From positions 128,001 to 192,000 of the forward strand of contig CAXXWX010000006.1 of NCBI GenBank assembly GCA_963675745.2: a stretch of DNA of 64,000 nt, in the 5' to 3' direction. A program made the translations under genes and the position numbers. Positions 50,482 to 60,282 of this stretch are shown piece after piece. The notes under the pieces are model-generated. The model was not told where the DNA came from. It did no database searches and saw nothing but the letters and a program-made list of their open reading frames with translations. This DNA is from Phycisphaerae bacterium. Its GTDB lineage: Bacteria > Planctomycetota > Phycisphaerae > UBA1845 > Fen-1342. The number at the start of each line of letters is the position of its first letter. The stretch's first letter is position 1.

Positions 50482-51999
50482 CTACGGTGGCGAAGCCGCC
50501 GGCGCGCTGGGCATGGGGAAGAGCTCCGATTCTGTCCGATCCGTCGCCATTATGTCGGCGATCTGCTTGACGATCTGCGGATAGCGGTCGGCCAGGTCGC
50601 GCGACTCGCCGATGTCGCTATCGAGATCGTACAGTTCGATCGGCGCTCCGGGACGTTTGGCGATTTTGGTGCGCACCCCCTTCCAGCGGCCCATGCGGAC
50701 CGCCTGTTTCCCGTCGCCGCTGCTGTATTCCCAATAGAGATGATGATGTTTCCGTTGCCCGGGCCGGGCCAACAGCGTTGGCAGGAAACTGATCCCATCA
50801 ATGTCGGCCGGCGGTTCGATGCTGAGAAGCTCGGCGACAGTCGGCAACAAATCCCAAAACGCCGAAATGTGGTCAGAGACGGTGCCGGGCTTGATGTGGC
50901 CCTTCCAGCGTGCGACAAACGGCACGCGAATCCCGCCCTCGTAAACATCGCACTTCAAGCCACGCAGCGGGCCGGTGCTTTGGAAGAATTTGGAGTCGGT
51001 GCCGCCGTTAAACGTCGGCCCGTTGTCGCTGCTGAAAACGACCAGGGTGTTTTCCTCAAGCCCGAGCTGCTCAACCAGGCGCAGCATCCGGCCGACGTCG
51101 CGATCCATGCGCGTGATCATGGCGGCGTATCCCGCTCGCGGTGTCGGGTGTGGCAGATATCCACGGCTGCCATCGTAGGGCTTCTCCGGGAACTTCCCGG
51201 CGTATTCATCAAGCGAGTCGCGCGGTACCTGGATAGCCGCATGGGGGACGGGTGTGGCGAAATACAGGAAGAAGGGGCGGTCCCGGTTGGCACGGATGAA
51301 CTCAAGTGCTTCCGAGATCATGAGGTCGGGAGCGTACTGCTCGCCCCGGTACCGGTCATAGGCGCCGGCATCGGCGGGGGGCCCGTCGATGCGCTGGTGC
51401 GCGCTGAACCACGGATTGCCGTCGAGCAGGTCTTTGTCGCCGTTGCGCCACAGATGTGTCGGGTAATAGTTGTGGGCAACGCGCTGGCAGAGATATCCGT
51501 ACCAATGATCGAAGCCCTGCCGATTGGGCTGGCCGGTCGAGTCGGGGCCGCCGAGTCCCCATTTACCAATGGCACAGGTTGTGTAGCCGTGCTGCTTGAG
51601 CAGTCTGGCGAGCGTGAGCGTGTCTGCCGTCAAAGGGCGCTGGCCCTCCCTGGCGTCGCGCTCCCAGCCGCCCATCTCTGCGTTGTTGCGAATCTGCGCG
51701 TGGCCCGTGTGCTGGCCGGTCAGAAGTGTGCAACGCGACGGTGCGCAGACCGGGCTGCCTGAGTAATGCTGCGTGAACCTCACGCCTTCGCCGGCCAGCC
51801 GATCGATATTCGGCGTGCGGATCTTGCGCTGGCCGTAGCAACCCAGTTCGGCGTAGCCAAGATCGTCCGCAAGAATGTAGATGATGTTGGGGCGTACTGC
51901 CGGTGCGGCGGTGGCGACTACCGCGGCACTCGTCAGCCAGAGGATCACGACGACCGCGGTACGCAGTGCACGGCCGCGGAACTGGTCTGCTGCTCGCAT
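50482..51999 (-). CDS. Secreted arylsulfatase (S1 formylglycine-dependent)
   Basis: PNIIYILADDLG, CAPSRCTLLTG, GKWGLG, SSDNG, YEGGIRVP. Start approximate. Confidence 0.93.
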   Translation of the reverse strand: MRAADQFRGRALRTAVVVILWLTSAAVVATAAPAVRPNIIYILADDLGYAELGCYGQRKIRTPNIDRLAGEGVRFTQHYSGSPVCAPSRCTLLTGQHTGHAQIRNNAEMGGWERDAREGQRPLTADTLTLARLLKQHGYTTCAIGKWGLGGPDSTGQPNRQGFDHWYGYLCQRVAHNYYPTHLWRNGDKDLLDGNPWFSAHQRIDGPPADAGAYDRYRGEQYAPDLMISEALEFIRANRDRPFFLYFATPVPHAAIQVPRDSLDEYAGKFPEKPYDGSRGYLPHPTPRAGYAAMITRMDRDVGRMLRLVEQLGLEENTLVVFSSDNGPTFNGGTDSKFFQSTGPLRGLKCDVYEGGIRVPFVARWKGHIKPGTVSDHISAFWDLLPTVAELLSIEPPADIDGISFLPTLLARPGQRKHHHLYWEYSSGDGKQAVRMGRWKGVRTKIAKRPGAPIELYDLDSDIGESRDLADRYPQIVKQIADIMATDRTESELFPMPSAPAASPP

Positions 52000-52134
52000 G
52001 CGCATCTCGTACGGCGGTGGCCGCGGCGGAGAGACCGCTCTGTTGCCAGACTCGCTGGGTGGTCTCACTACCGCGCGAAAGGTTGATTGGCTGCCGGCCC
52101 CGGTCAGCAAGCCCGTCAGGCGGCGGGTTAACCA

Positions 52135-53097
52135 CTATTCGCCGGACAGCTCCTCCTCGTATTTCTTCAGCGTTTTCTCGACATCGTCGCGCATGGGCCC
52201 CTCGGCGGCGAATTTGACCGCCCGCTGCTGGACCTTGATGGCCTCTTGCTTTTTGTCGCTATCCCACAGAGCACGGGCGTATGTGTCGAGAATAGCGGCG
52301 TTCTCTCCTTCGGTCAGGTCGTTGGCCTGCTTGGCGGCCATGCGCGCGAACTTCAGATCGCGCGTCTTGACGTTCTCATCCGTGAGCACCTTCCAGGCGA
52401 CCTCGTTGAGCATTTCGGAGTCATCTCTGATGGAGGCGTATAGCTCCTTGGCCAGCGCGCGGGCGGCCTCCGCGTCATCCGATTCGCTGACCAGCTCGAG
52501 GTACTTGACCACCAGGTCATACTTCTTCTTGAGTTTGGCCATCTCCTTCTCGGCGACCTCGTCACCGATCTTCTTCAGCGTCTTGACGTCATACTCTTCG
52601 GTGAGAATTTTCTGGATGACCTCCTCCAGCCCGAACATCGGGTGGCCTTCCCAGACGATGTTGCCCTTTTTGTCGACGACGAAACACTGCGGGATGCCGT
52701 TCTTCTTGAAGGCCTTCATATAGCGGTCGCTGGTGGCGCTTTTGTCATCGACGGCCACTGTGTAGTCCATCTTGTCGCCCTGCTTTTTGACAAACTCCTG
52801 GACAAGCTTGGATTTTTCGTCGGAGACGCCCACGAATACGACGCCCTTGTCCTTGTACTTGTGCTGCATCTCGGTCATGTGCGGGATGCCCTTGATGCAC
52901 GGGCCGCACCAGGTCGCCCAGAATTCGACGATATAGATGTTCTGGCCCTGGCCGGCCTTCAGATCGACCGGGTCGCCCTTGACCCACTCTTTGATCTTCA
53001 GCTCCGGCGCCGGATCACCGATCTCGATGGCAAGCACGGGCGCCGCGACGAACAGCAATGCCAGGACCGCCGAAACGGCCACTTGTCGATTATTCAT
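52135..53097 (-). CDS. Exported TlpA-like thioredoxin/redoxin with C-terminal TPR-like helices
   Basis: Signal peptide, EFWATWCGPC, GIP, LNEVAW..ILDTYARAL. Confidence 0.9.
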   Translation of the reverse strand: MNNRQVAVSAVLALLFVAAPVLAIEIGDPAPELKIKEWVKGDPVDLKAGQGQNIYIVEFWATWCGPCIKGIPHMTEMQHKYKDKGVVFVGVSDEKSKLVQEFVKKQGDKMDYTVAVDDKSATSDRYMKAFKKNGIPQCFVVDKKGNIVWEGHPMFGLEEVIQKILTEEYDVKTLKKIGDEVAEKEMAKLKKKYDLVVKYLELVSESDDAEAARALAKELYASIRDDSEMLNEVAWKVLTDENVKTRDLKFARMAAKQANDLTEGENAAILDTYARALWDSDKKQEAIKVQQRAVKFAAEGPMRDDVEKTLKKYEEELSGE

Positions 53098-53273
53098 GAT
53101 TGTTCCTTCCGCTGGTGAAAACCCATTTTGCGCACCACGGCGATCGCGTCCGATCGCACAACGTCCGTACGCAACCCAACTGCGTGGATTATAAGCAGAT
53201 TAGGCCTATCAGTGCCCCCCCAGGACGGCCGCGTTGTGTAAATCGGCCCCGTGGTCGAACACGCCGGAGCTGC

Positions 53274-54944
53274 TCACTCTCGCGCCAGAATCTGCTCATC
53301 AGCGATCAGCCGCGCGCGCAAGCGCTCGTAGGCCACGTCCTGAACCGCGGAGCGCTCGTCGATCGCATGGACGGCCGCGGTGGCGGCGGACTGGCCGAGG
53401 ATCATGAACACCGGTTCCATACGGATCGACCCAAAAGCGATGTGCGACGCCGACAGGCACACCGGCACGAGCAGATTGGAGCACTCGGCGCGGCGCGGGA
53501 CGATGGCCCCGAAGCCGATCGGGAAGGGCGGGAAGCCGCCCACCTGCACATCACCCTCGTTGCGCACGTGGCCGTTTTCATCGACGTGGCGCTGCACGTT
53601 GTGCGAATCCATCGTATAGGCCGCCATCGCGATCGGGTCCTTCGCAACCTCGCGCCCCTGGCAGTGGTGCTGGGTCATGACCGACACGCCGACCATACGC
53701 CGAGCCTCGCGGATATAGAGTTGGTGGGGCCAATGACCGTTGTCCACAAACTCGTCGCGCGGCAGCCCCCACTGGCCGTACTTCTCGCGGATGGTCGGCG
53801 GCACGCGCGGGTGATGCTGAAGCGTCCAGAGCAGGCCCTTCTGCCACGATTCATGGGCCGCGATGATGCGGGCGCGCGTGTCGTAATCGGCTTCCGCGTA
53901 TTCGTAGTTCATCCCGATGAAGTCGTTTGAGATGCCCCCCGAGTTGTTCGAGTCGGTCTTGCGATTGGGCATCAGACTGAGCGTGAAAAACCGATCCTGC
54001 TGGCCGGCTTCGATGGCCCGGAAGAGTATCTCGTATCTCGCCTCGTCGTAGTCGGCGGGCTTGTCCACCGGCACGCGATTACGCGGCACGTCAGTCAGGC
54101 ACATGCGGAAGCAGTAGGCTTGCAGCCGGTGATCGCCGCTGCCATCTTCGCCGGGGTCGGTGTTGACTCCAGGTAGCAGTCCACTGGCAGGGTCACCCTG
54201 GCGGACATACGCGTCGATCCCGCCCGGGAGCTGATTCTTGGTGGCGCGTGCCGTTTGGACGCCGTTCAATGTCTCGTCATAGGTTGCGTTTGACTCTCTG
54301 CCAACCACATATTTCACGCCGGCCCGGGCCATCAGGTCACCTTCGTACGTGGCGTCGATGAACACCCGGGCGCTGAACTTGCGACCGTCTTCTGTGCGCA
54401 GCGCCACGATGCGGGCCCCGTCCTTAAGAACACCTCCGCCGAGATCCAGCCGCGCGTGCATGACCGTGACGCCGGCTTCGGAGATCATGTCGTTGAAGAC
54501 CTTCTCGGCGACGTGTGGCTCAAAGACCCACATCGATGCGTCTTCCGGCCCAATCCGCGCACCCTGGGCCTGACCGCCAAACTCATCGCGAGCTTGCCAG
54601 CGCCACGCATCGTCGTCGCGGTAATGTCTCCAAACTTGACGGTAGAATTGGCGGCTGAGCCCGCCGATCACCTGCTTGTTGCCGATGTCGGTCCAACCGA
54701 GACCGCCGCTGGACATGCCGCCCAGGTGCCGGTCTGGCGAAATCAGCACAACCTGTTTGCCCATCTTCGCGACCTGCACGGCCGCAATGACGCCGGCGGA
54801 CGTTCCACCATAAACGACCACATCCGCGGCCTGAGACGCCGGGAGCGGTGTAGCGGCGCGGGACGTTGGCTGGGCGCTGGAGAATTGGCATGTGGCCGCC
54901 CCAATGAGGGTGACCGCCAACGATAGATGGTTTGTCAGGCTCAT
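53274..54944 (-). CDS. Secreted FAD-dependent oxidoreductase (FAD_oxidored family)
   Basis: DVVVYGGTSAG, GGMSSGGLG, FIDATYEGDL, YIREARR, SIRMEPVFM. Confidence 0.9.
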   Translation of the reverse strand: MSLTNHLSLAVTLIGAATCQFSSAQPTSRAATPLPASQAADVVVYGGTSAGVIAAVQVAKMGKQVVLISPDRHLGGMSSGGLGWTDIGNKQVIGGLSRQFYRQVWRHYRDDDAWRWQARDEFGGQAQGARIGPEDASMWVFEPHVAEKVFNDMISEAGVTVMHARLDLGGGVLKDGARIVALRTEDGRKFSARVFIDATYEGDLMARAGVKYVVGRESNATYDETLNGVQTARATKNQLPGGIDAYVRQGDPASGLLPGVNTDPGEDGSGDHRLQAYCFRMCLTDVPRNRVPVDKPADYDEARYEILFRAIEAGQQDRFFTLSLMPNRKTDSNNSGGISNDFIGMNYEYAEADYDTRARIIAAHESWQKGLLWTLQHHPRVPPTIREKYGQWGLPRDEFVDNGHWPHQLYIREARRMVGVSVMTQHHCQGREVAKDPIAMAAYTMDSHNVQRHVDENGHVRNEGDVQVGGFPPFPIGFGAIVPRRAECSNLLVPVCLSASHIAFGSIRMEPVFMILGQSAATAAVHAIDERSAVQDVAYERLRARLIADEQILARE

Positions 54945-55049
54945 GGCTTGCCAGTCCCGTTCGGAAGATGGGGTTGGGCCGCGGTATCGGGTTGTTCAGG
55001 CAGTGAAACCCATTGGGCACAAACCAGTGCCACAGCCTTGGGATTGGTC

Positions 55050-55457
55050 CTAGCGTTTTCGCAGCCGCAGGAGGTTCTGGACCAGCTCGACGAGTTCGAG
55101 CTTATTCACGGGTTTGGTAATGAACTCGTCAGCGCCGCACTCGCGAGCACGCTCCAGGTCACCGACTTCGTTCAGCGCCGTCACCATCACCACCTGGATG
55201 TCGCGGCGACGGGGATCTTCCTTGATCAGACGGCAGACTTCGTAGCCGCTTTTCTTTGGCATCATGATATCCAGCAGGATCAGGTCGGGCTGATGGTCTT
55301 CAATCGCCGCCAGCGTCGCCTGGCCATCGCTGGCGGTGACCACGTCGACGGGTAGCTGTTCGAGGTAGGCCTCCAGCAATTCGAGAATCTGCGGATTGTC
55401 GTCGGCGATGAGCACCCTGGCGCGCGAAGCAGCATCGGCGTCACTGGTCGGCATCAT
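55050..55457 (-). CDS. Single-domain response regulator
   Basis: VLIADD, LILLDIMMP, VMVTAL, FITKPV. Confidence 0.92.
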   Translation of the reverse strand: MMPTSDADAASRARVLIADDNPQILELLEAYLEQLPVDVVTASDGQATLAAIEDHQPDLILLDIMMPKKSGYEVCRLIKEDPRRRDIQVVMVTALNEVGDLERARECGADEFITKPVNKLELVELVQNLLRLRKR

Positions 55458-55612
55458 GCACTCCCTTGGGCTGTTTCCAGCGTGCATTCTTGCGGAAAGC
55501 GACCCGGAATGTAAAGGCAGCGAACCGCAGAAGTAGGAAGCCGGAAACGCGCCAGCGCAGACTCTGTCCACCCGGGGCCGGCCCCGCTGTCTCGGGCACC
55601 TCATATTTCGGC

Positions 55613-55647
55613 CTTCTTACTTCTGACTTCTAACTTCTTACTTCTCA
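55613..55647. repeat. Heptamer tandem repeat (CTTCTnA) x5
   Basis: cttctta cttctga cttctaa cttctta cttctca. Confidence 0.85.
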
Positions 55648-55787
55648 AATATGCTCCCCGCGCCTTTGCTTGTCTGGAATCCTGGGGCCGTATATAGTGA
55701 ATGTGGCCCGGACAATCAGCGCTCCCGGTAGGTGCGGGGACGCGCTTGTGTATTGACCATCCGGCGATTCGAACGGAGAGCACAACC

Positions 55788-56852
55788 ATGTTCAGCACGC
55801 GCCCGACTGCGGGACTTGTCTCCGGATGCCTGGTGATGGCGGCATTGCTTACCGCCTTGGTAGCCACGGGTTGCGCTTCCGGTCGGAATGGGATCGACGT
55901 ATTCGGCTCGCCGTTCCAGAGCAGCAGCGGAACCACCAGCACAGGGACCACCGGCCCCGGCAGCACCGGCATCGGCATTGGTGCCGGAACCGCCAATACT
56001 GGAAGCCGAGCGGACGTGGACCCGTGTACCGAGACGGAAGAGCGCAAGTACATCCGCATCAGCATGCGCAACGACATTCCGGTCGACAATGTTCACTATT
56101 TCCTGACGTTTATCGCGTACATCAACGACCCGAACGGCGTAGACGGCTATACGGACGGCGCCGTGTGTCCGGCCGATGAAGCTCTCTACCGCTCCAACGG
56201 CTACTCGATCAAGGTGAACGCCGGCGAACAACGCGTGTTCGGCAACTACTGCATCGATGGCCCCGCGCTGATCTGGTACTATCAGAGCGGGCGTTTTCGC
56301 AGCACCGGCGTCGGGAGCACCGATTTCGCCTCGGCCATCGGTCAGGCGCGCGGCACGGTGCCGACCTACGACGCGTTCTTCAGCAGTGCCGGCGCCCGCA
56401 TCCCGGTACCCAACATCATAATGTTCCACAATCCCGGTACTGGTGAAGGGGCGGCGCTGATTGTCGACGAGCCAAGCGCGAACCCATGCGACCCCGCGGC
56501 GGTTGACCGCACCTCAAATTGCGCGCGCGATGCCTTCTACTACGTTGACGACTCGGACCTGATGTCCGGAACGCCCACCCTCGGCCCCGGGTCGGGCAGG
56601 CGTGTCCCCAATGAGATCCAGGATACGCTGTGTGTCACCGAGGGGGATCTGACGCGCGGCTATCACACGTTGGCGCCGTCCGGCGTCACGCCGGCCACCG
56701 CGCTTGATCACGAGTTCCTTCGCGGCGGGAAGATCGAGTACGTTTTCATTCGCGCCGACCAGGATCCGCCCATCCCTCAGCTTCTGTGGAAGGTAACCGA
56801 CGAGCGCGGCGCGCTGGTCCACGACTTTGATTCGCGCTCCGGCACCAACTAG
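55788..56852 (+). CDS. Hypothetical lipoprotein
   Basis: Lipobox VATGC, Gly/Thr/Ser linker, Cys-containing globular domain. GGAG upstream. Confidence 0.75.
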   Translation: MFSTRPTAGLVSGCLVMAALLTALVATGCASGRNGIDVFGSPFQSSSGTTSTGTTGPGSTGIGIGAGTANTGSRADVDPCTETEERKYIRISMRNDIPVDNVHYFLTFIAYINDPNGVDGYTDGAVCPADEALYRSNGYSIKVNAGEQRVFGNYCIDGPALIWYYQSGRFRSTGVGSTDFASAIGQARGTVPTYDAFFSSAGARIPVPNIIMFHNPGTGEGAALIVDEPSANPCDPAAVDRTSNCARDAFYYVDDSDLMSGTPTLGPGSGRRVPNEIQDTLCVTEGDLTRGYHTLAPSGVTPATALDHEFLRGGKIEYVFIRADQDPPIPQLLWKVTDERGALVHDFDSRSGTN

Positions 56853-57070
56853 CGCAGTTCCAGCAATCATCTGGTCGGTGCCACGGCCCTGTGAGCCGTG
56901 AGTTTCGTATCGGAACCGCACTGCTCGAGTGCAGTGGCACAGCGAGCCGATTTCGACAGCGCCAGCTCCTCATTGAGTACGCCCGTCTTGTGAAACGCGA
57001 ACCGCCCACCGGTTGAAGCGGCGTTGGCGCGCACGTCCGGCTTACTGCGCGCGGAGGGCCGAACTCCGGG

Positions 57071-58234
57071 CTACGGTGCGGGATTCGTGGTCGGCGTTGG
57101 CTGAGTCTCCGGCGATTCCTGCGCCTCGTCGGTGGGCGGCGGCTGAACTGCCGGCGCGGTGAGCGACACGCCCAGCGCCTGGAGTTGGCGGCGCGCCACA
57201 TCGTCGTCGGGATTCAGCTCCAACGCTCGTCGCAGCGGCGCGATCGCCGCCTCGGATTGGTTGGTTCGCATCAGCAGCAAGCCGTAATCGCGCTGATAAT
57301 CCGCATTATCAGGCACGTACTCGATCGCTTTCTTCATGAACTCGAGAATCTGGTGGTATGAAATCAGCCGCGCCGTCTCGGCCTGCATCAGCTGCAGTTC
57401 AGCAACTTCCATGCTCAGTGCCGCGGCGCGCGGCTTGTTGACGTCGAGGACCTGGTCGGTCGGTTGTCGCCCGGGCCCCATCACGGCCAGTTGCTGGAAA
57501 CTCTGCTGGAGCGCGAGCATGTGGACCTGAAGGGCGCTCAGCAACTGCTGCAATGCGTCGACGTCGGCGGCATCGGCGGCGATCCGATCGCGCGCGATCT
57601 GTTCCAGGTTCACCGCCTCTTCCGCGGCCCGCTCCAGTTGTGCGGCTTCCACCAGCGTCATCACCAGCGTCTGACGCGTTACGTAGTCATCCGGGCGCCC
57701 GTTCACGGCCTGCTCCGCGAGCTGAACGGCTTTCAGTGATTTCTTGAGCCCACGATAGGTCTCGGCAAGCAGACGTCGAACCAGTGATATCTGGTCCTGC
57801 GCGGCGCGCTGTTCGGCCTTTTCCAGGTAAATCTCGGCCTGTTTGAACTGCCGCGTCGCCAGGTACAGACGCCCGAGCCCCAGATTGGCGTAGTAGTCGT
57901 TGGGATTGGCCCGGTAGACCTCCAGGAACAGCTCGCGCGCTTTCTTGATGTCGCGCTTCAGGAGGGACAACTCCGCGTTCAGCGCTTTGACCTCCTGATC
58001 ATCCTCGGCGCGCGAGCGCGCGACAACGATGTACGGCACGGCGGCTTCGTATTTCTCGCTGTCCAACAGGTCGCGCGCGTTGCGGACCAGCTCCTCGAGG
58101 GACATGCCCTGGAGGCGATCGATCTCGGCCTGGTCGAGCTTCTCTTCAGCCGGGCCGGGCTCAATCTGTTGAGCGGCCGCTGTCACCCCCAGCAGCGGGA
58201 GCACACACACCAAGGCTATCCACCGTCGCATCAT
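57071..58234 (-). CDS. Secreted tetratricopeptide-repeat protein
   Basis: Signal peptide and TPR motifs (ANLGLGRLYL, ALELNPDD). Confidence 0.85.
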   Translation of the reverse strand: MMRRWIALVCVLPLLGVTAAAQQIEPGPAEEKLDQAEIDRLQGMSLEELVRNARDLLDSEKYEAAVPYIVVARSRAEDDQEVKALNAELSLLKRDIKKARELFLEVYRANPNDYYANLGLGRLYLATRQFKQAEIYLEKAEQRAAQDQISLVRRLLAETYRGLKKSLKAVQLAEQAVNGRPDDYVTRQTLVMTLVEAAQLERAAEEAVNLEQIARDRIAADAADVDALQQLLSALQVHMLALQQSFQQLAVMGPGRQPTDQVLDVNKPRAAALSMEVAELQLMQAETARLISYHQILEFMKKAIEYVPDNADYQRDYGLLLMRTNQSEAAIAPLRRALELNPDDDVARRQLQALGVSLTAPAVQPPPTDEAQESPETQPTPTTNPAP

Positions 58235-58328
58235 CGTATCCAACTCCCGCGGCTCTGCGCCGCCATGTGAGCACTGTTAAACGCACCGCCAGGCCGACCC
58301 GCGCTGAATCCGGACGACGGCGACAGCA

Positions 58329-59624
58329 TTATGGGCGATTTTGGGCGGCGCTGTAAGGTTCGGCGGGCGCTATTACGTTGTTGTCGCGCGCCAACGTTAG
58401 TCGCACGCTGTTCAGGGCCACATGCGCCGTCCGCAACCGGATTACATCGCGCGGGAGCTGGCCGAAGCGCTGCTCATGAACCGTGACTGCGTCACGCGTC
58501 GCCAGCCCGATGTAGACCAGCCCCACGGGCTTTTCGACCGAGCCGCCGCCGGGCCCCGCAACACCGGTCACCGAGATTGCCAGGTCGCTGTCGAAACGGG
58601 CGCGACAGCCCTGCGCCAGGGCACTCGCGACCGGCGCGCTCACGGCGCCGTGCTCAGCGAGCATGCCCTCCTCTACTCCTACGAGTGCGCGCTTGGCTTC
58701 GTTCGAATAGCACACTACGCCACCCAGCATATAGGCGCTGCTGCCGGGAATATCGGTAAGCTCCTTGGCAATCAGCCCGCCGGTGCATGACTCGGCCGTG
58801 CTCACCGTCATCCGCTTATCGGCGAGAAGTCGGCCCACCGCTGAAGAAAGGGTATCCTCGCCGTACCCAAAGACCACCGCACCCAGGCGGCTCTCCACGA
58901 CTTGCCGGGTATGTGTCAGGAGTGCATCGGCCCGTTCACGGGTTGCCGCCGTCGCGTTGATCCGCACACTGATGATCCCCAGCGCGGCCGTTGTGCCAAG
59001 CTCCGGGTTGCGTCCGCGCTGCATCAGGTCCGCGAGGCGCTCGCCGATGGCTGACTCGCCCATGCCGAAAGTGCGGATGGTACACGTGCGTAACACGCCG
59101 CCGCGCGCGGCGGCGGCCAGCGCCGGAGCCACATCGCGATCGAACATCGCCTTCATCTCGAATGGCACACCCGGCAGGGCGAAACACGGCCTACCCAGCA
59201 GCGTCATGGCGAGGCCTGGCGCCGTGCCACAGGTGTTGGCGATTGCCGCCGCGCCGCGCGGGCGCATGGCCTGGGCCCGGTTGGGTTCCGGCATGCGGCG
59301 ATTGCGCTGGGCGAAGTATGCGCGAATCTGCTCGAAACCGGCCGCGTCAAATACGAGCGCTTCACCGCTGGCGGTCGCCAGGGCCACACGCGTCAGGTCG
59401 TCATCGGTCGGACCCAGCCCACCGGTCACGATCAGCACATCTGAGGCTTGCGCCGCGCTGGTCAGTGCTTCGCAAATCGGCAGAAGCTCGTCCGGGACGG
59501 TCACGTGGCGCTCGGCGCGCACGCCCAACGCGGCCAGTCGCGCGGCGATCCAGGCCGAGTTGGTGTCGACGGTCTGCCCGAGCGTCAACTCGGTGCCGAT
59601 TGAGACAATCGAGGCTGTCTGCAC
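58329..59624 (-). CDS. cinA: CinA (MoCF-like domain + NMN deamidase PncC domain)
   Basis: IGTELTLG..VDTNS, TGGLGPTDDDLT, LPGVPFEM, TAESCTGG, SVTGVAGPGG. Confidence 0.95.
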   Translation of the reverse strand: MQTASIVSIGTELTLGQTVDTNSAWIAARLAALGVRAERHVTVPDELLPICEALTSAAQASDVLIVTGGLGPTDDDLTRVALATASGEALVFDAAGFEQIRAYFAQRNRRMPEPNRAQAMRPRGAAAIANTCGTAPGLAMTLLGRPCFALPGVPFEMKAMFDRDVAPALAAAARGGVLRTCTIRTFGMGESAIGERLADLMQRGRNPELGTTAALGIISVRINATAATRERADALLTHTRQVVESRLGAVVFGYGEDTLSSAVGRLLADKRMTVSTAESCTGGLIAKELTDIPGSSAYMLGGVVCYSNEAKRALVGVEEGMLAEHGAVSAPVASALAQGCRARFDSDLAISVTGVAGPGGGSVEKPVGLVYIGLATRDAVTVHEQRFGQLPRDVIRLRTAHVALNSVRLTLARDNNVIAPAEPYSAAQNRP

Positions 59625-59706
59625 GCGCAACTCCCGATTCAACTCCCCGGGGCGAAGTCTATCCGATCTGCGGAACCGGCGAGGAAGAGCAAGGGCGCAT
59701 TTTTCG

Positions 59707-59715
59707 TGCTAGAAT
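59707..59715 (+). promoter_or_regulatory. Extended -10 element for the tRNA
   Basis: TGCTAGAAT ending 23 nt before the tRNA 5' end. Confidence 0.5.
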
Positions 59716-59738
59716 GACCCCCTGTCCGCGGGAAGCCG

Positions 59739-59812
59739 GGGCCAGTAGCCCAACCGGCAGAGGCACAGGACTTAAAATCCTGCAAGTGCGGGTTCGAGTC
59801 CCGCCTGGCCCA
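59739..59812 (+). tRNA. tRNA-Leu(TAA), 74 nt, short variable loop, CCA not encoded
   Basis: Acceptor GGGCCAG/CTGGCCC + A, anticodon arm CAGGA-CTTAAAA-TCCTG, T arm GCGGG-TTCGAGT-CCCGC. Confidence 0.93.
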
Positions 59813-59911
59813 GTTTGGAATGTTTGCGGCGGCGCTGTCATTCGATGACACGAGCGTCGCCCCACAGTCGCGATCGCACCGAGGTTCTTCGATCGCCACA
59901 GGAGATTGTTT

Positions 59912-60154
59912 ATGTCGGATCAGCCGTCACTCGAGCAACGCGTAAGAGCCGTAATCGATGAATTCCGCCCGCTGACTCAATCCCATGGCGGTGACGTCGA
60001 GTTCGTCGAGATGGGCAGCGACAACATCGTCAAGGTACGCCTCCAGGGCGCCTGCCACGGCTGCCCGGGCGCCACGCAGACACTCAAGATGGGGCTCGAA
60101 CAGTACCTGCGCAGCAAGGTCCCCGAAATAGGCAGTGTCGAACAGGTGATGTAG
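59912..60154 (+). CDS. NifU/Nfu-type Fe-S carrier domain protein
   Basis: RP..QSHGGDVEFV, VRLQGACHGCP..TLKMGLE. Confidence 0.93.
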   Translation: MSDQPSLEQRVRAVIDEFRPLTQSHGGDVEFVEMGSDNIVKVRLQGACHGCPGATQTLKMGLEQYLRSKVPEIGSVEQVM

Positions 60155-60282
60155 CGGCCTGCGCCTCGCAGGCCGTCGCCGCCAGCCAGGGCTCTTTATG
60201 CTCGGCGTCCGGCGAGGCGGCGGCCGTTACGCCTTCGCCGAACCGCAACGCCAAGCGCGACATTCCTCCGGTGGCGACGGAC

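Noticed and set aside
59739..59900. tRNA as an integration site for an island or prophage
   Set aside because: No integrase nearby, no duplicated tRNA 3' end seen in the window, and the flanks are housekeeping genes.
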